Positions 33,766 to 43,013 of a stretch of DNA of 64,000 nucleotides are shown here, piece by piece. A program made the position numbers and the translations under genes. The notes beneath the pieces were generated by a model. It made no database searches, was not told the origin of the DNA, and saw only the letters and a program-made list of their open reading frames with translations. This DNA is from Burkholderiaceae bacterium. Its GTDB lineage: Bacteria > Pseudomonadota > Gammaproteobacteria > Burkholderiales > Burkholderiaceae_E. Where the stretch lies: contig JASGIS010000001.1 of NCBI GenBank assembly GCA_047601745.1, positions 3,910,086 through 3,974,085 on the forward strand, in the 5' to 3' direction. The stretch's first letter is position 1; each line of letters starts with the position of its first letter.

Positions 33766-33963
33766 ATGACCAACCTTCCGTCCGATACCCGTACCGATAC
33801 CCCCCTCTACGACGTCCGGAGCCGCTCGACGAGCAGAGCCGGCCGCGCCGCGGTCTGCTGGGCCGTCGCCGCCGTCATCACGCTGTGTCTGTCCGGTGTG
33901 CTCGTTCATCCGATGGATTCGGCTCCGGCGTCGACTCCGGCGGCCAGCGTGCTGTCGCACTGA
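33766..33963 (+). CDS. Hypothetical 65-aa single-TM protein
   Basis: GAGGAG RBS 6 nt before the ATG at 33766. TM segment AAVCWAVAAVITLCLSGVLV. Confidence 0.4.
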   Translation: MTNLPSDTRTDTPLYDVRSRSTSRAGRAAVCWAVAAVITLCLSGVLVHPMDSAPASTPAASVLSH

Positions 33964-33977
33964 TTCGCGCCGGCCGC

Positions 33978-34006
33978 TTGCAATCGCTGATCGGCTCTGC
34001 TATAGT
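33978..34006 (+). promoter_or_regulatory. Sigma70-like promoter of tRNA-fMet (TTGCAA-17 nt-TATAGT)
   Basis: Near-consensus hexamers with 17-nt spacing, 17 nt upstream of the tRNA 5' end. AT-rich island in a high-GC background. Confidence 0.55.
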
Positions 34007-34022
34007 TTATTGCTCTGACGGA

Positions 34023-34099
34023 CGCGGGGTGGAGCAGTCTGGCAGCTCGTCGGGCTCATAACCCGAAGGTCGCAAGTTCAAATCTTGCCCCCGCAACCA
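34023..34099 (+). tRNA. metY/metZ-like: Initiator tRNA-fMet (CAU)
   Basis: CGCGGGGTGGAGCAG...CTCATAA...GTTCAAATC...CCCCGCAACCA. Shows the C1:A72 mismatch and three consecutive G:C pairs in the anticodon stem, and is very similar to E. coli tRNA-fMet as I recall it. Confidence 0.95.
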
Positions 34100-34103
34100 A
34101 TCA

Positions 34104-34125
34104 ACCGTCAGGCATCGATCGGCCC
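34104..34125 (+). repeat. Direct repeat copy 1: ACCGTCAGGCATCGATCGGCCC
   Basis: 21/22 identical to 36390..36411. Confidence 0.85.
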
Positions 34126-34153
34126 TTCGCAACCGCGGATGGCCGATTTTTTT
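34118..34153 (+). terminator. Possible intrinsic terminator after tRNA-fMet
   Basis: ATCGGCC-16 nt loop-GGCCGAT followed by T7. The large loop keeps confidence moderate. Confidence 0.45.
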
Positions 34154-34460
34154 CGTCCACGGTTTTTGCCGTGATACCGCCGTACCGCGCGCCGTACCGC
34201 GTCTGGTGCGGCCGGGACGATTGATCGACGTGGTTGCTCGGCATGGCTGGTCGATGCTCGGCACGGCTGGTCGACAAGCTGGTCGGCACAGGCGCCGGCG
34301 ATCCGAACGCCCGTCGGCGCACGGGCTTCAGCGACCCGCCGGCGCGAGTTCCCGGGTCATTGCAGCAGTTGGTTGGCCCTCCGGCGCCGATTCGGCGGCT
34401 TCAGGGACGGGGATCGGTTCTGCGACACTACCGCATGGGGTAAAAGCCGGAGCGGCCGCC

Positions 34461-36344
34461 ATGCAGACGGACAAGAAAACGCAGTTCAACAAGACGCAAT
34501 TCAACCTCTGGTACTGGATCGCCGCCTTCTTCGCCCTGATGGTGTTCCAGTATCTGTTCACGACGGGCACCCAGGTCGCGCAGATTCCGTACAGCCAGTT
34601 CGAGACCTATCTCGGGCAGGGCAAGATCGCGGAAGTCGCGGTATCGGACCGCTTCATCCAAGGCCGGTTCAAGGAGCCCGTCGACGGTCGGCCGATGTTC
34701 ATCACCACCCGGGTCGAGCCGGACCTCGCTCGCCAGCTTCAGGGGCAGGGTGTCGTCGTCTCCGGGCAGATCGAGAGCACCTTCCTGCGCGACCTGCTTT
34801 CCTGGGTCGTGCCGGTTCTGCTCATCGTCGCCATCTGGATGTTCGCCTTGAAGCGCATGCGCGGCGGTCTCGGCGGCGGCCTGATGCAGATCGGCAAGTC
34901 GAAGGCGAGGGTCTATGTCCAGTCCGACACGGGCGTCACTTTCAAGGACGTGGCCGGCGTCGACGAGGCCAAGGACGAACTGAAGGAGATCGTCGACTTC
35001 CTCAAGGACCCGCAGGGCTACGGCCGGCTGGGCGGGCGCATGCCCAAGGGCGTCCTGCTGGTCGGCCCCCCCGGCACCGGCAAGACCTTGCTGGCCAGAG
35101 CCGTGGCGGGCGAGGCGGGCGTGCCCTTTTTCTCCATCTCCGGCTCCGAGTTCGTCGAGATGTTCGTCGGCGTGGGCGCGGCGCGCGTGCGCGACCTGTT
35201 CGAGCAGGCGCGCGCCAAGGCGCCGGCCATCATCTTCATCGACGAACTGGATGCGCTCGGCCGCGCCCGCGGCGTCGGGCCGATGGCCGGAGGCCATGAC
35301 GAAAAGGAGCAGACGCTGAACCAGCTCCTGGTCGAACTCGACGGTTTCGATCCCTCGGCCGGCCTCGTTCTGCTCGCCGCGACCAATCGGCCGGAAATCC
35401 TCGATCCCGCACTGCTGCGCGCCGGGCGCTTCGACCGGCAGGTGCTGGTCGACCGGCCGGACAAGACCGGTCGCGTCCAGATCCTCGGCGTCCATCTGAA
35501 GAAGGCGAAGCTCGCGCCGGACGTCGAGCCGGAGAAGATCGCGGCATTGACACCCGGATTCACGGGGGCGGATCTCGCCAATCTGGTCAACGAAGCGACG
35601 CTGCTCGCCACTCGCCGCAACGCCGACGCCGTGACGATGGACGATTTCAACAACGCGGTCGAACGCATCGTCGCGGGCCTGGAGAAGCGCAACCGGCTGC
35701 TGAACTCGAAGGAGCGCGAGATCGTCGCCCATCACGAGATGGGCCATGCGCTGGTGGCGATGGCGCTGTCGGGCGTCGATCCGGTGCACAAGGTCTCGAT
35801 CATCCCGCGTGGTATCGGCGCGCTGGGCTACACGATCCAGCGGCCGACCGAGGACCGTTTTCTGATGACGCTGGAAGAGCTGCAGAACAAGATGGCCGTG
35901 CTTCTCGGCGGCCGGGCGGCCGAGCGCATCGTCTTCGGCCACCTCTCCACCGGCGCCGCCGACGATCTGGCCAAGGTGACCGACATCGCGCGCGCCATCG
36001 TCACGCGCTACGGCATGTCGGAGAAGCTCGGCCATGTCGCGCTGGAGAAGGACCGACGCTCCTACTTCGCGTCCGACCAGCCCTACTATGGGCCGCAGGA
36101 GCGGGACTACTCCGACGAGACGGCCGCCATCGTCGACGAGGAGATTCGTCGGATCGTCGACGAGACCTTCGATCGGACCGTCGCTCTGCTGACGGAACGC
36201 CGGGGCCTGCTCGAGCGGACGGCTCGCAGCTTGCTGGAGAAGGAAACGCTGGACGAAAGGGAGATACGAGAGCTCATCGACGAGCGGGAAGTTTCTGCCG
36301 GCCAGGACGAAAGCGCACGAACCGTATCCGGTCCGGCCGCGTGA
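34461..36344 (+). CDS. ftsH: ATP-dependent zinc metalloprotease FtsH, apparently a paralogous (second) copy
   Basis: Two N-terminal TM segments, Walker A GPPGTGKT, Walker [37 protein letters not shown] zinc site. GGAG RBS 9 nt before the ATG at 34461. Confidence 0.9.
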   Translation: MQTDKKTQFNKTQFNLWYWIAAFFALMVFQYLFTTGTQVAQIPYSQFETYLGQGKIAEVAVSDRFIQGRFKEPVDGRPMFITTRVEPDLARQLQGQGVVVSGQIESTFLRDLLSWVVPVLLIVAIWMFALKRMRGGLGGGLMQIGKSKARVYVQSDTGVTFKDVAGVDEAKDELKEIVDFLKDPQGYGRLGGRMPKGVLLVGPPGTGKTLLARAVAGEAGVPFFSISGSEFVEMFVGVGAARVRDLFEQARAKAPAIIFIDELDALGRARGVGPMAGGHDEKEQTLNQLLVELDGFDPSAGLVLLAATNRPEILDPALLRAGRFDRQVLVDRPDKTGRVQILGVHLKKAKLAPDVEPEKIAALTPGFTGADLANLVNEATLLATRRNADAVTMDDFNNAVERIVAGLEKRNRLLNSKEREIVAHHEMGHALVAMALSGVDPVHKVSIIPRGIGALGYTIQRPTEDRFLMTLEELQNKMAVLLGGRAAERIVFGHLSTGAADDLAKVTDIARAIVTRYGMSEKLGHVALEKDRRSYFASDQPYYGPQERDYSDETAAIVDEEIRRIVDETFDRTVALLTERRGLLERTARSLLEKETLDEREIRELIDEREVSAGQDESARTVSGPAA

Positions 36345-36389
36345 CTTCGCCCCGCCCGACCCGTCGACCTTGTCCCGCCTGACCCGTCG

Positions 36390-36411
36390 ACCGTCAGGTA
36401 TCGATCGGCCC
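36390..36411 (+). repeat. Direct repeat copy 2: ACCGTCAGGTATCGATCGGCCC
   Basis: 21/22 identical to 34104..34125. Confidence 0.85.
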
Positions 36412-36683
36412 GCCGCGCCCGTCAGCGCGCCGTCGAGATCCGCTGCCTCTCGATCAGAGCCGCGGGCTTCCCGCATCTGTCTTCCGCATACCGATCGCGA
36501 ACGGTCGCGCCGGCCCGCTGCGGGTGCTCGTCGATTCGGAGCGGCGACCAATCTCGGCCTTCAAGGAGACACAGAAAGTAACAATCTTTGACCGCGCTCG
36601 GACGTCAGTCCACAAGTCATGACAGACCCACCACAATACGTGCAGGCGATTCGTTGCAGCCTGTCACCTGATAGGGATGTGTC

Positions 36684-37067
36684 ATGGTCGCGGAGTCCGT
36701 CATGTTTCATTTTCGCTGCCCGCGTTGCGATGCCCGGCGCTTCGCCAACCTGGAGCGGTTGCGGATGTCGCCGATCGTTCGCTGCGCGGCGTGCAAGTTC
36801 GAGTGGGAGTTCGATGTCGCCGTCGTCGAGGCCGGCCATGCGTATGCGAGCCACGCGATCGACGAGATGCGCTCGACCCTCGACGAGGAGCTGTTCCGGC
36901 GCTTGATGACGCCTCGCGAAAACGGTGTCTGGGCGCAGGACGTCGGCGATCTCGACATCGAGGCCGATGTCGAGATCGAAGCCGAAGCCGAGCATGAAGG
37001 CGGATCCCTGGAGGCCCTGCCGGCGCCGGCCGATGCGGCCGGCCCGCGCCGATCCGTCAGGCACTGA
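36684..37067 (+). CDS. Hypothetical zinc-ribbon protein (CPRC...CAAC) with an acidic C-terminal half
   Basis: MFHFRCPRCDARRF...VRCAACKFEWEF resembles MJ0042-type zinc ribbons. Possible starts are 36684 or 36702, both with an RBS. Sits in a lower-GC pocket. Confidence 0.5.
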   Translation: MVAESVMFHFRCPRCDARRFANLERLRMSPIVRCAACKFEWEFDVAVVEAGHAYASHAIDEMRSTLDEELFRRLMTPRENGVWAQDVGDLDIEADVEIEAEAEHEGGSLEALPAPADAAGPRRSVRH

Positions 37068-37097
37068 GCGCGCGCCGCGGGACCGGATCGGCCCGCG

Positions 37098-38243
37098 TCA
37101 CAGCCACTGGACCAGCGAGATGCCGATGCCGATCCGCGTCTGGCGGTGGTTGTAGTCGATCAGGCTGGCGCCATAACCGCTGAAGACCTGCACGTAGCCC
37201 TTCAGGTAGCTGAAGATCGGAAACGCGTAGTCGAGTTGCAGCGATCCGTGCGATCGGTCGCCGCCGCGCAGCGAGTGGCGCGCCAGCAGCGACAGCTCGT
37301 GGCCCTCGGACTTGCGCACGACCAGCAGGTCGGCGCGCCCGACGTAGTTGGCGATGTCCGGGTTGTTGTCGTCGTCACGGGATTCGGGGATGCGCCACCA
37401 CGGCCGCAGCATGACCATCCAGTTGTCCTTCTCGAAGCCGAACTGCGCGATCAAGCGGTTCCAGCTCCGCGATTCGGGGTCGCCGCGCCCGTTCGACTGG
37501 TGATTCAGCGACAGCCCGGCCATGCGCCCCTGCCAGCCGAGCAGCGAGTAGTTGGTGCGGAACACCAGCATCGCCTCGGGCTCGTAGTTCGTCTCGCGGA
37601 ACGGCCGCGACGCGTGCGAGTTGTACAGCTGCCAGTACGAGGTCTGCGTGTAGCCGATCCACAGGTCGCCGTTGTCGCCGAAAAGCCGGTGCGCGACCTT
37701 GGCTTTGAGGCTGATCTGGAACTTCATGTCGGTCCGCTCGATGCCGAGCGGCGTCGTCACATCGTTGGCCGGGTTCGGGCTGTGCGGCGTCTGGTTCGGG
37801 TGCGTCGAGTAGTCCGCGAGCATCACGAACACCGGCTTGTACGGGCGAAGCGCGAAGCGTCCGCGATCGTAGTCGGAATCGAGTTCCCAGCGATCGGCGA
37901 GCGAGGTGCCCAGGCTGCGGCGCACGTCGCGGACCGCGCGGGCCATCTCGCCGGCCTGGTCCGGCCGTTGAGGTTCGCGCTCGCGGTCCGCAGCGGCCGA
38001 CGACTGCGGATCCTCCAGGTCGGGTAGCGCCGGAAGCAGGGCCGGCGCCGGCACCGGTACCGGCGGCGTGGTCGGAAGACGGTTGGCGCGGGGGCGTCCG
38101 GCGGCGTGGTCGTAGCACAGCAGGCGCTCGTGATCGTCATCGATGCGCGTGCAGGCGTTGTCCTGGCCGAACGCGGCCGACGCGGCGGCACCGGCGGCCA
38201 GCAGGGCCACTGCCCGGCCTGTCGAACGGAGGGATCGGGACAT
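37098..38243 (-). CDS. pldA: Outer-membrane phospholipase A
   Basis: Signal peptide. ...YKPVFVM...WQLYN...RPFRETNYEPE...HQSNGRG...SRSWNR (catalytic H-S-N region). Confidence 0.85.
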   Translation of the reverse strand: MSRSLRSTGRAVALLAAGAAASAAFGQDNACTRIDDDHERLLCYDHAAGRPRANRLPTTPPVPVPAPALLPALPDLEDPQSSAAADREREPQRPDQAGEMARAVRDVRRSLGTSLADRWELDSDYDRGRFALRPYKPVFVMLADYSTHPNQTPHSPNPANDVTTPLGIERTDMKFQISLKAKVAHRLFGDNGDLWIGYTQTSYWQLYNSHASRPFRETNYEPEAMLVFRTNYSLLGWQGRMAGLSLNHQSNGRGDPESRSWNRLIAQFGFEKDNWMVMLRPWWRIPESRDDDNNPDIANYVGRADLLVVRKSEGHELSLLARHSLRGGDRSHGSLQLDYAFPIFSYLKGYVQVFSGYGASLIDYNHRQTRIGIGISLVQWL

Positions 38244-38396
38244 GTCGTTGGCAACGAGGAGGGAGGTGAGTGGAATTATGGCGGAAGAGCCGCCGCGACG
38301 GCCGCTCGATCGGCGTTCGGCTATGCTTGCACGCGCGCCGACGTGGCTTTCGCCTGACACGGGACGGACGTCGAATGGACAGGGAGGACTGCCGTG

Positions 38397-38936
38397 ATGC
38401 GATTCGTATCTTCGCCGCGCTCGCCGCGGGGCGTGTGGCGCGCCGGGTCGAGACCGGGCGGCCGCGGCCTGGCCGCGATCGCCTGCGCGAGCGTGCTGCT
38501 GGCCGCGCCGCTGGCCCGCGCCGAATTGATCGGCGAGGTCGACACGGCATTCCGCTGGCTCGGCAAGGACGATCGCGTCGTCGTCGAAGCTTACGACGAC
38601 CCCAAGGTCAAGGGCGTGACCTGCTATGTGTCGCGCGCGCGCACCGGCGGCGTCAAGGGCACGGTCGGCCTGGCCGAGGATAAGTCCGAGGCGTCGATCG
38701 CCTGCCGCCAGGTCACGCCGCGCGTCGAGTTCGTCGGTCCGCTGGTCCAGCAGGAGGACGTGTTCACCGAGCGGATGTCGCTGGTGTTCAAACGGCTGCA
38801 CGTCGTGCGCATCGTCGATCGTCAGCGCAATGCGCTGGTTTATTTGACATATTCGGATCGGCTGATCGACGGCAGTCCGACCAATGGCGTCACCGCCGTA
38901 CCGGTGTCGCCGGAAACGCCGATCCCGGTCAAGTGA
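38397..38936 (+). CDS. creA: CreA family protein (periplasmic, unknown function)
   Basis: Signal peptide, then GEVDTAFRWLGKDDRVVVEAYDDPKVKGVTCYVSRA...VYLTYSDRLIDGSP. Confidence 0.8.
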   Translation: MRFVSSPRSPRGVWRAGSRPGGRGLAAIACASVLLAAPLARAELIGEVDTAFRWLGKDDRVVVEAYDDPKVKGVTCYVSRARTGGVKGTVGLAEDKSEASIACRQVTPRVEFVGPLVQQEDVFTERMSLVFKRLHVVRIVDRQRNALVYLTYSDRLIDGSPTNGVTAVPVSPETPIPVK

Positions 38937-39170
38937 CGGCTTCGTCGTGGCGGTCGGCATCGTCGACCGCCGAGAACCGCCGTTCCGATTCCGGCGTGCA
39001 TCGCTGTCGCGCGCATCGGGTCGGGGGTTGACGGCCTCGTCGGCGGGTCTATACAGTCCGGAGAGCCCGGATCGCCGACCGGCACGCACTTAGTCCGGAC
39101 GGCGCGACGCGGCGGATGCAGGACCGGCCGCGACACGGCGGGTAGATAAAAAATGCGAGAGGAGACACCG

Positions 39171-40394
39171 ATGCGTTCGATGAACAGGCGCAGGATCATT
39201 CCCGGTCTGGTGGGCATGGCGGCCGCGCTGGCGGCGATGTCCGGGTATGCGCAGCAGGCGCCGCTGAAGATCGGCGTGTCGACGGCGATCCAGCTTCAGG
39301 TCGGGCGCGATACGCAAGAAGCGGTCAAGATGGCGATGGACGAGATCAACGCGAAGGGCGGTGTCGCCGGACGCAAGCTCGAGATGGTCGTCGCCGACGA
39401 GACCGAGAATCCCGAAACCGGCATCAATGCGATCAAGAAGCTGACCGCCGACGACAAGGTCGACGTCATCGTCGGCGGCTATACGAGCGGCGTGACGCTC
39501 GCGCAACTGCCGCACATCTCGTCCGCCAAGACGATCTACCTGGGCGTCGGCGCCGCGTCGCCGGCGATCACCGCCAAGGTCAAGCAGGACTACGATCGTT
39601 ATAAGTACATCTTTCGCGTTGGACCGATCAACGCCGTCCACCAGGCGCAAGGCCTGGTCGAATTCATCAAGGGGATGCTGATCGGCGAACTCGGCTACAA
39701 GAAGCTGGCGATCATCGGCGAGAACGCCAAATGGGTGCAGGATCTGGTGCCTGTGCTCAAGAAGGGCGCGGTGGACGTCGGCGCCGACGTGCGCATGACC
39801 GAACTGTTCGATACGCAGACCTCGGATTTCTCGCCGCTGCTGGCGAAGATCAAGTCCAGCGGCGCCCAGTTCCTGATCGTGGTCCTGTCGCACGCGTCGA
39901 GCGACACGTTCGCCAAGCAATGGCACGACGCGCGCTTTCCGGTGCCCTACGGCGGCATCGACGTGAAGTCGCAGGACGGCGACTTCTACGAGCGCGTCGG
40001 CGGCAAGGCGATCAGCGAGTACGTGACCAACTTCGCCGTCAATGCGCCGCTGACGCCGAAGACGCAACCGTTCTTCGACGAGTTCCGCAAACGGACGAGC
40101 CGCGATCCGGTCTATACCGCTTATGGCGCTTATGACGCGGTCTATGCGTACGCCGAGGCGATCGAGCGGGCCAAGACCACGTCGGCCGACGCGGTCGTCA
40201 AGGAGCTCGAGAAGACCAGCATGGTCGGCGTGCCGGGCCAGATCGAGTTCGACGAGACGCATGACGTCAAGTACGGCGGCAAGTATCCGAGCCTGCTGTT
40301 CGTGCAGTGGCAGGACCAGGGCAAGCGGGCGATCGTCTGGCCGAAGGAGCGGCGGACCGCTCCGGCGATCCTGCCGCCTTGGCTCAAGCCCTGA
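39171..40394 (+). CDS. ABC transporter substrate-binding protein, branched-chain amino acid (LivK/Leu-Ile-Val) family
   Basis: Signal peptide plus LKIGVSTAI...AVKMAMDEINAKGGVAGRKLEMVVADE. GAGGAGA RBS before the ATG at 39171. Confidence 0.85.
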   Translation: MRSMNRRRIIPGLVGMAAALAAMSGYAQQAPLKIGVSTAIQLQVGRDTQEAVKMAMDEINAKGGVAGRKLEMVVADETENPETGINAIKKLTADDKVDVIVGGYTSGVTLAQLPHISSAKTIYLGVGAASPAITAKVKQDYDRYKYIFRVGPINAVHQAQGLVEFIKGMLIGELGYKKLAIIGENAKWVQDLVPVLKKGAVDVGADVRMTELFDTQTSDFSPLLAKIKSSGAQFLIVVLSHASSDTFAKQWHDARFPVPYGGIDVKSQDGDFYERVGGKAISEYVTNFAVNAPLTPKTQPFFDEFRKRTSRDPVYTAYGAYDAVYAYAEAIERAKTTSADAVVKELEKTSMVGVPGQIEFDETHDVKYGGKYPSLLFVQWQDQGKRAIVWPKERRTAPAILPPWLKP

Positions 40395-40409
40395 ACCGGG
40401 AGCCGCGTC

Positions 40410-41264
40410 TTGCTCGAAATCCTGATCTTCGGTGCGATCACCAGCGCGATCTACGCGATGCTGGCGGTCGGGTTCACGCTGATCTTCGGCGTGGCGCGGA
40501 TGCTGAACCTGGCGCACGGGTCGTTCTACGCGCTCGGCGCTTATGGCGCGTACGTGCTGACGGCGCTGGCCGGCCTGCCGCTGTGGGTGGCCACGCTGAT
40601 CGCCGTCGGCCTGGTCTCGCTGTTCGCGATGTTCGTCGAACGCGTGCTGATGCGGCCGATGCGTCACTCGCAGATCGCGATCCTGATGATCAGCCTGGCG
40701 GTGGCGCTGGTCGTCGAGCAGGTGCTGTTCCTGGTGTTCGGCTCCGAGTACCGCAACGTGCCGGCGTTCGTCGAGACCAAGTTCACGATCGGCGGCGTCG
40801 ACGTGGCCGGGCAGCGCCTGCTGGCGCTGGCGGTCAGCATCGTGTCGATCGGCGCGCTGTATCTGTTCATCCAGCGCACGCGCCTGGGCAGCGCGATCCT
40901 GGCGATCTCGCAGGATGCCGAGGCCGCGCAGTACATGGGGATACCGAGCGACCGCATCTTCTCGCTGGTGATGGCGATCTCGGCCGCGCTGGCGGCGCTG
41001 GCCGGGGTGCTGGCCGGCCCGTTCCTCAGCGTGCAGCCGTCGATGCACCTGCTGCCGATCGTCAAGGCTTTCGCGATCGTCGTCGTCGGCGGACTCGGCT
41101 CGATCCCGGGCAGCATCATCGCGGCGCTGATGCTCGGTTATGCCGAGACGCTGGTCGCGTACCTGGTGTCGACGTCGTGGACCGAGATCGTATCGGTGCT
41201 GGCGACGCTGCTGATGCTGATCTTCCGGCCGGCCGGCATCTTCGGCAAGCGCGCCGCCTTCTGA
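40410..41264 (+). CDS. livH: Branched-chain amino acid ABC transporter permease (LivH-like)
   Basis: MLEILIFGAITSAIYAMLAVGFTLIFG. TTG start with GGGAG RBS. Confidence 0.85.
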   Translation: MLEILIFGAITSAIYAMLAVGFTLIFGVARMLNLAHGSFYALGAYGAYVLTALAGLPLWVATLIAVGLVSLFAMFVERVLMRPMRHSQIAILMISLAVALVVEQVLFLVFGSEYRNVPAFVETKFTIGGVDVAGQRLLALAVSIVSIGALYLFIQRTRLGSAILAISQDAEAAQYMGIPSDRIFSLVMAISAALAALAGVLAGPFLSVQPSMHLLPIVKAFAIVVVGGLGSIPGSIIAALMLGYAETLVAYLVSTSWTEIVSVLATLLMLIFRPAGIFGKRAAF

Positions 41265-41301
41265 GCGGCGATCGTCACGCGATGCTTACCGGGCTCTGTT
41301 C

Positions 41302-42252
41302 ATGACCACGATGAAGATCGATCTGCTGGGCGCGATCGTGGCGACCGCGGTTCTGGCCGTGTTGCCGCTCGTGTTCGACAACGGCTACCTGATCGGCGTG
41401 CTGACCGTCGCCGCGATCTACGGCATATGGGGCGTCAGTTGGGATTTCATGTCCGGTCTGACGGGCCGCGAGAATTTCGGCCATTCGCTGTTCATCGGCG
41501 TCGGCGCCTACGTGGCCGGCTACATGAATACGCAGTACGGCACCGGGCCGTGGTGGGGGCTGCCGGCGGGCATGGTGGCCGCCGTGCTGTTCGCGCTGCT
41601 GCTCGGGTTTCCGACGCTGCGTCTCAAGGGGCCTTATTTCGCGCTGGCGATGCTGTCCAGCGCGGTCATCATGCAGCGGCTGATGCTGATCTTCTGGGAG
41701 TACTCGGGCGGCGAGGAGGGGATCAACGGCATCGAGCCGCTGCTCGACTCGCCGCTGCACTTCTACTGGCTGGTGCTGGGGCTGCTGGTGCTGACTACGG
41801 CGCTGCTGGTGGCCTTGGCCCGCTCCGACTGGGGGTTGATCCTGCGAGCGATCCGCGGCGATGAGGCGACCTGCCAGGCGGCGGGGCTCAACATCACGTT
41901 CTACAAGATCGCGTCGCTGGTGATCAGCGCGGCGTTCGCGGGCCTGGGCGGCGCGCTGTACGCGCACTATCAACTGCAGGTCAGCCCGCAGTTGTTCGCG
42001 GTCGTCACGTCGATCACGATCATCACGATGGTCTACGTCGGCGGCATGTCGTCGGTCTACGGCGCTGCCGGCGGCGCGATGCTGCTGGTGCTGATGACCG
42101 AACTGCTGCGCGATTTCGGCGAGTGGCGGCTGCTGATCTACAGCCTGGTGCTGATCGCGATCCTGTTCTACCTGCCGGAAGGCTTCGTCGCGCCGGCCTG
42201 GCGCGCGTTCAGGCGCCGTCTGGGCGCCGACGACGACGGAGAGCGGCGATGA
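41302..42252 (+). CDS. livM: Branched-chain amino acid ABC transporter permease (LivM-like)
   Basis: Polytopic. ...GRENFGHSLFIGVGAYVAGY... Confidence 0.85.
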   Translation: MTTMKIDLLGAIVATAVLAVLPLVFDNGYLIGVLTVAAIYGIWGVSWDFMSGLTGRENFGHSLFIGVGAYVAGYMNTQYGTGPWWGLPAGMVAAVLFALLLGFPTLRLKGPYFALAMLSSAVIMQRLMLIFWEYSGGEEGINGIEPLLDSPLHFYWLVLGLLVLTTALLVALARSDWGLILRAIRGDEATCQAAGLNITFYKIASLVISAAFAGLGGALYAHYQLQVSPQLFAVVTSITIITMVYVGGMSSVYGAAGGAMLLVLMTELLRDFGEWRLLIYSLVLIAILFYLPEGFVAPAWRAFRRRLGADDDGERR

Positions 42253-43013
42253 ACGAACCGTCGAACCGCCGCAGCGACGTGCCGGTATTGAGCGTGCGGG
42301 GACTGGACAAGCATTTCGGCGGGCTGCACGTGCTCAAGCACATCGACCTGACGCTGGACGAGGGCGAGATCGTCGGCATCCTGGGGCCGAACGGCGCGGG
42401 CAAGACCACGCTGTACAACCTGCTGACCGGGTTCATTCCCGCCGACCAGGGCGAGGTGCTGTTCCACGGCCGCTCGCTGCGCGGGCTGCCGCCTTATCGC
42501 GTCGTCAACATGGGCGTCGCGCGCACGTTCCAGCTTTGCCGCCCGTTCGTCGGCATGACGGTGCTCGAGAACGTGCGCGTCGGCAGCCTGGGCCCGCGCG
42601 TGCCGCCCGGCGACCGCGTGGCCCGCGCGCGCGAGCTGCTCGCGCTGGTGGGGCTGGGAGGCAAGGAGCGGGTGATGGCCGAACTGCTGTCGTACGGCGA
42701 TCAGCGGCGGCTCGAGATCGCCCGCGCGCTGGCCACCGAGCCGACGCTGCTGCTGCTCGACGAGCCGTTCGCCGGGCTGGGCTCGGGCGAGATCGACGAA
42801 TTGTCCACGGTCATCCGTAGCGTGCATGCCGAGCGCAAGCTGACGATCCTGCTGATCGAGCACAAGCTGCGCGAGTTCATGAAGCTGGTTTCGCGCGTCA
42901 TCGCGATCGATTTCGGCGAGATCATCGCGACGGGCTCGCCCGACGAGATCGTCCGGCATCCGCGCGTGATCGAAGCGTACATCGGCCGCCAGGAGCCCGG
43001 GCATGCTGCTTGA
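42249..43013 (+). CDS. livG: ABC transporter ATP-binding protein (LivG-like)
   Basis: GPNGAGKTT, LSYGDQRRLEIARAL, LLLLDEP. ATGA overlap with livM. Confidence 0.9.
   Translation: MNEPSNRRSDVPVLSVRGLDKHFGGLHVLKHIDLTLDEGEIVGILGPNGAGKTTLYNLLTGFIPADQGEVLFHGRSLRGLPPYRVVNMGVARTFQLCRPFVGMTVLENVRVGSLGPRVPPGDRVARARELLALVGLGGKERVMAELLSYGDQRRLEIARALATEPTLLLLDEPFAGLGSGEIDELSTVIRSVHAERKLTILLIEHKLREFMKLVSRVIAIDFGEIIATGSPDEIVRHPRVIEAYIGRQEPGHAA

Larger units (their letters stand above)
34104..36411 (+). mobile_element. Putative inserted single-gene cassette (ftsH paralogue) bounded by the 22-bp direct repeats. No recombinase present.
   Basis: Direct-repeat bracket, tRNA adjacency, and visibly atypical codon choice of the enclosed gene. 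Confidence 0.3.

Noticed and set aside
34428-36551. 707-aa minus-strand ORF opposite ftsH. Similar long antisense ORFs occur at 39090..41048, 42922..44997, 44819..47026, 47023..49719, 49572..52826, 53966..55891 and 56000..58921.
   Set aside because: Each lies antisense to a gene with unambiguous conserved motifs. The translations are R/A/G/P/D-rich with no recognisable motifs. Long open antisense frames are expected at about 70 % GC.
34100-37100. Classical genomic island or prophage remnant at tRNA-fMet
   Set aside because: There is no integrase, excisionase, transposase or phage gene in any frame. The direct repeat does not include the tRNA 3' end. Only the minimal cassette interpretation is retained, at low confidence.
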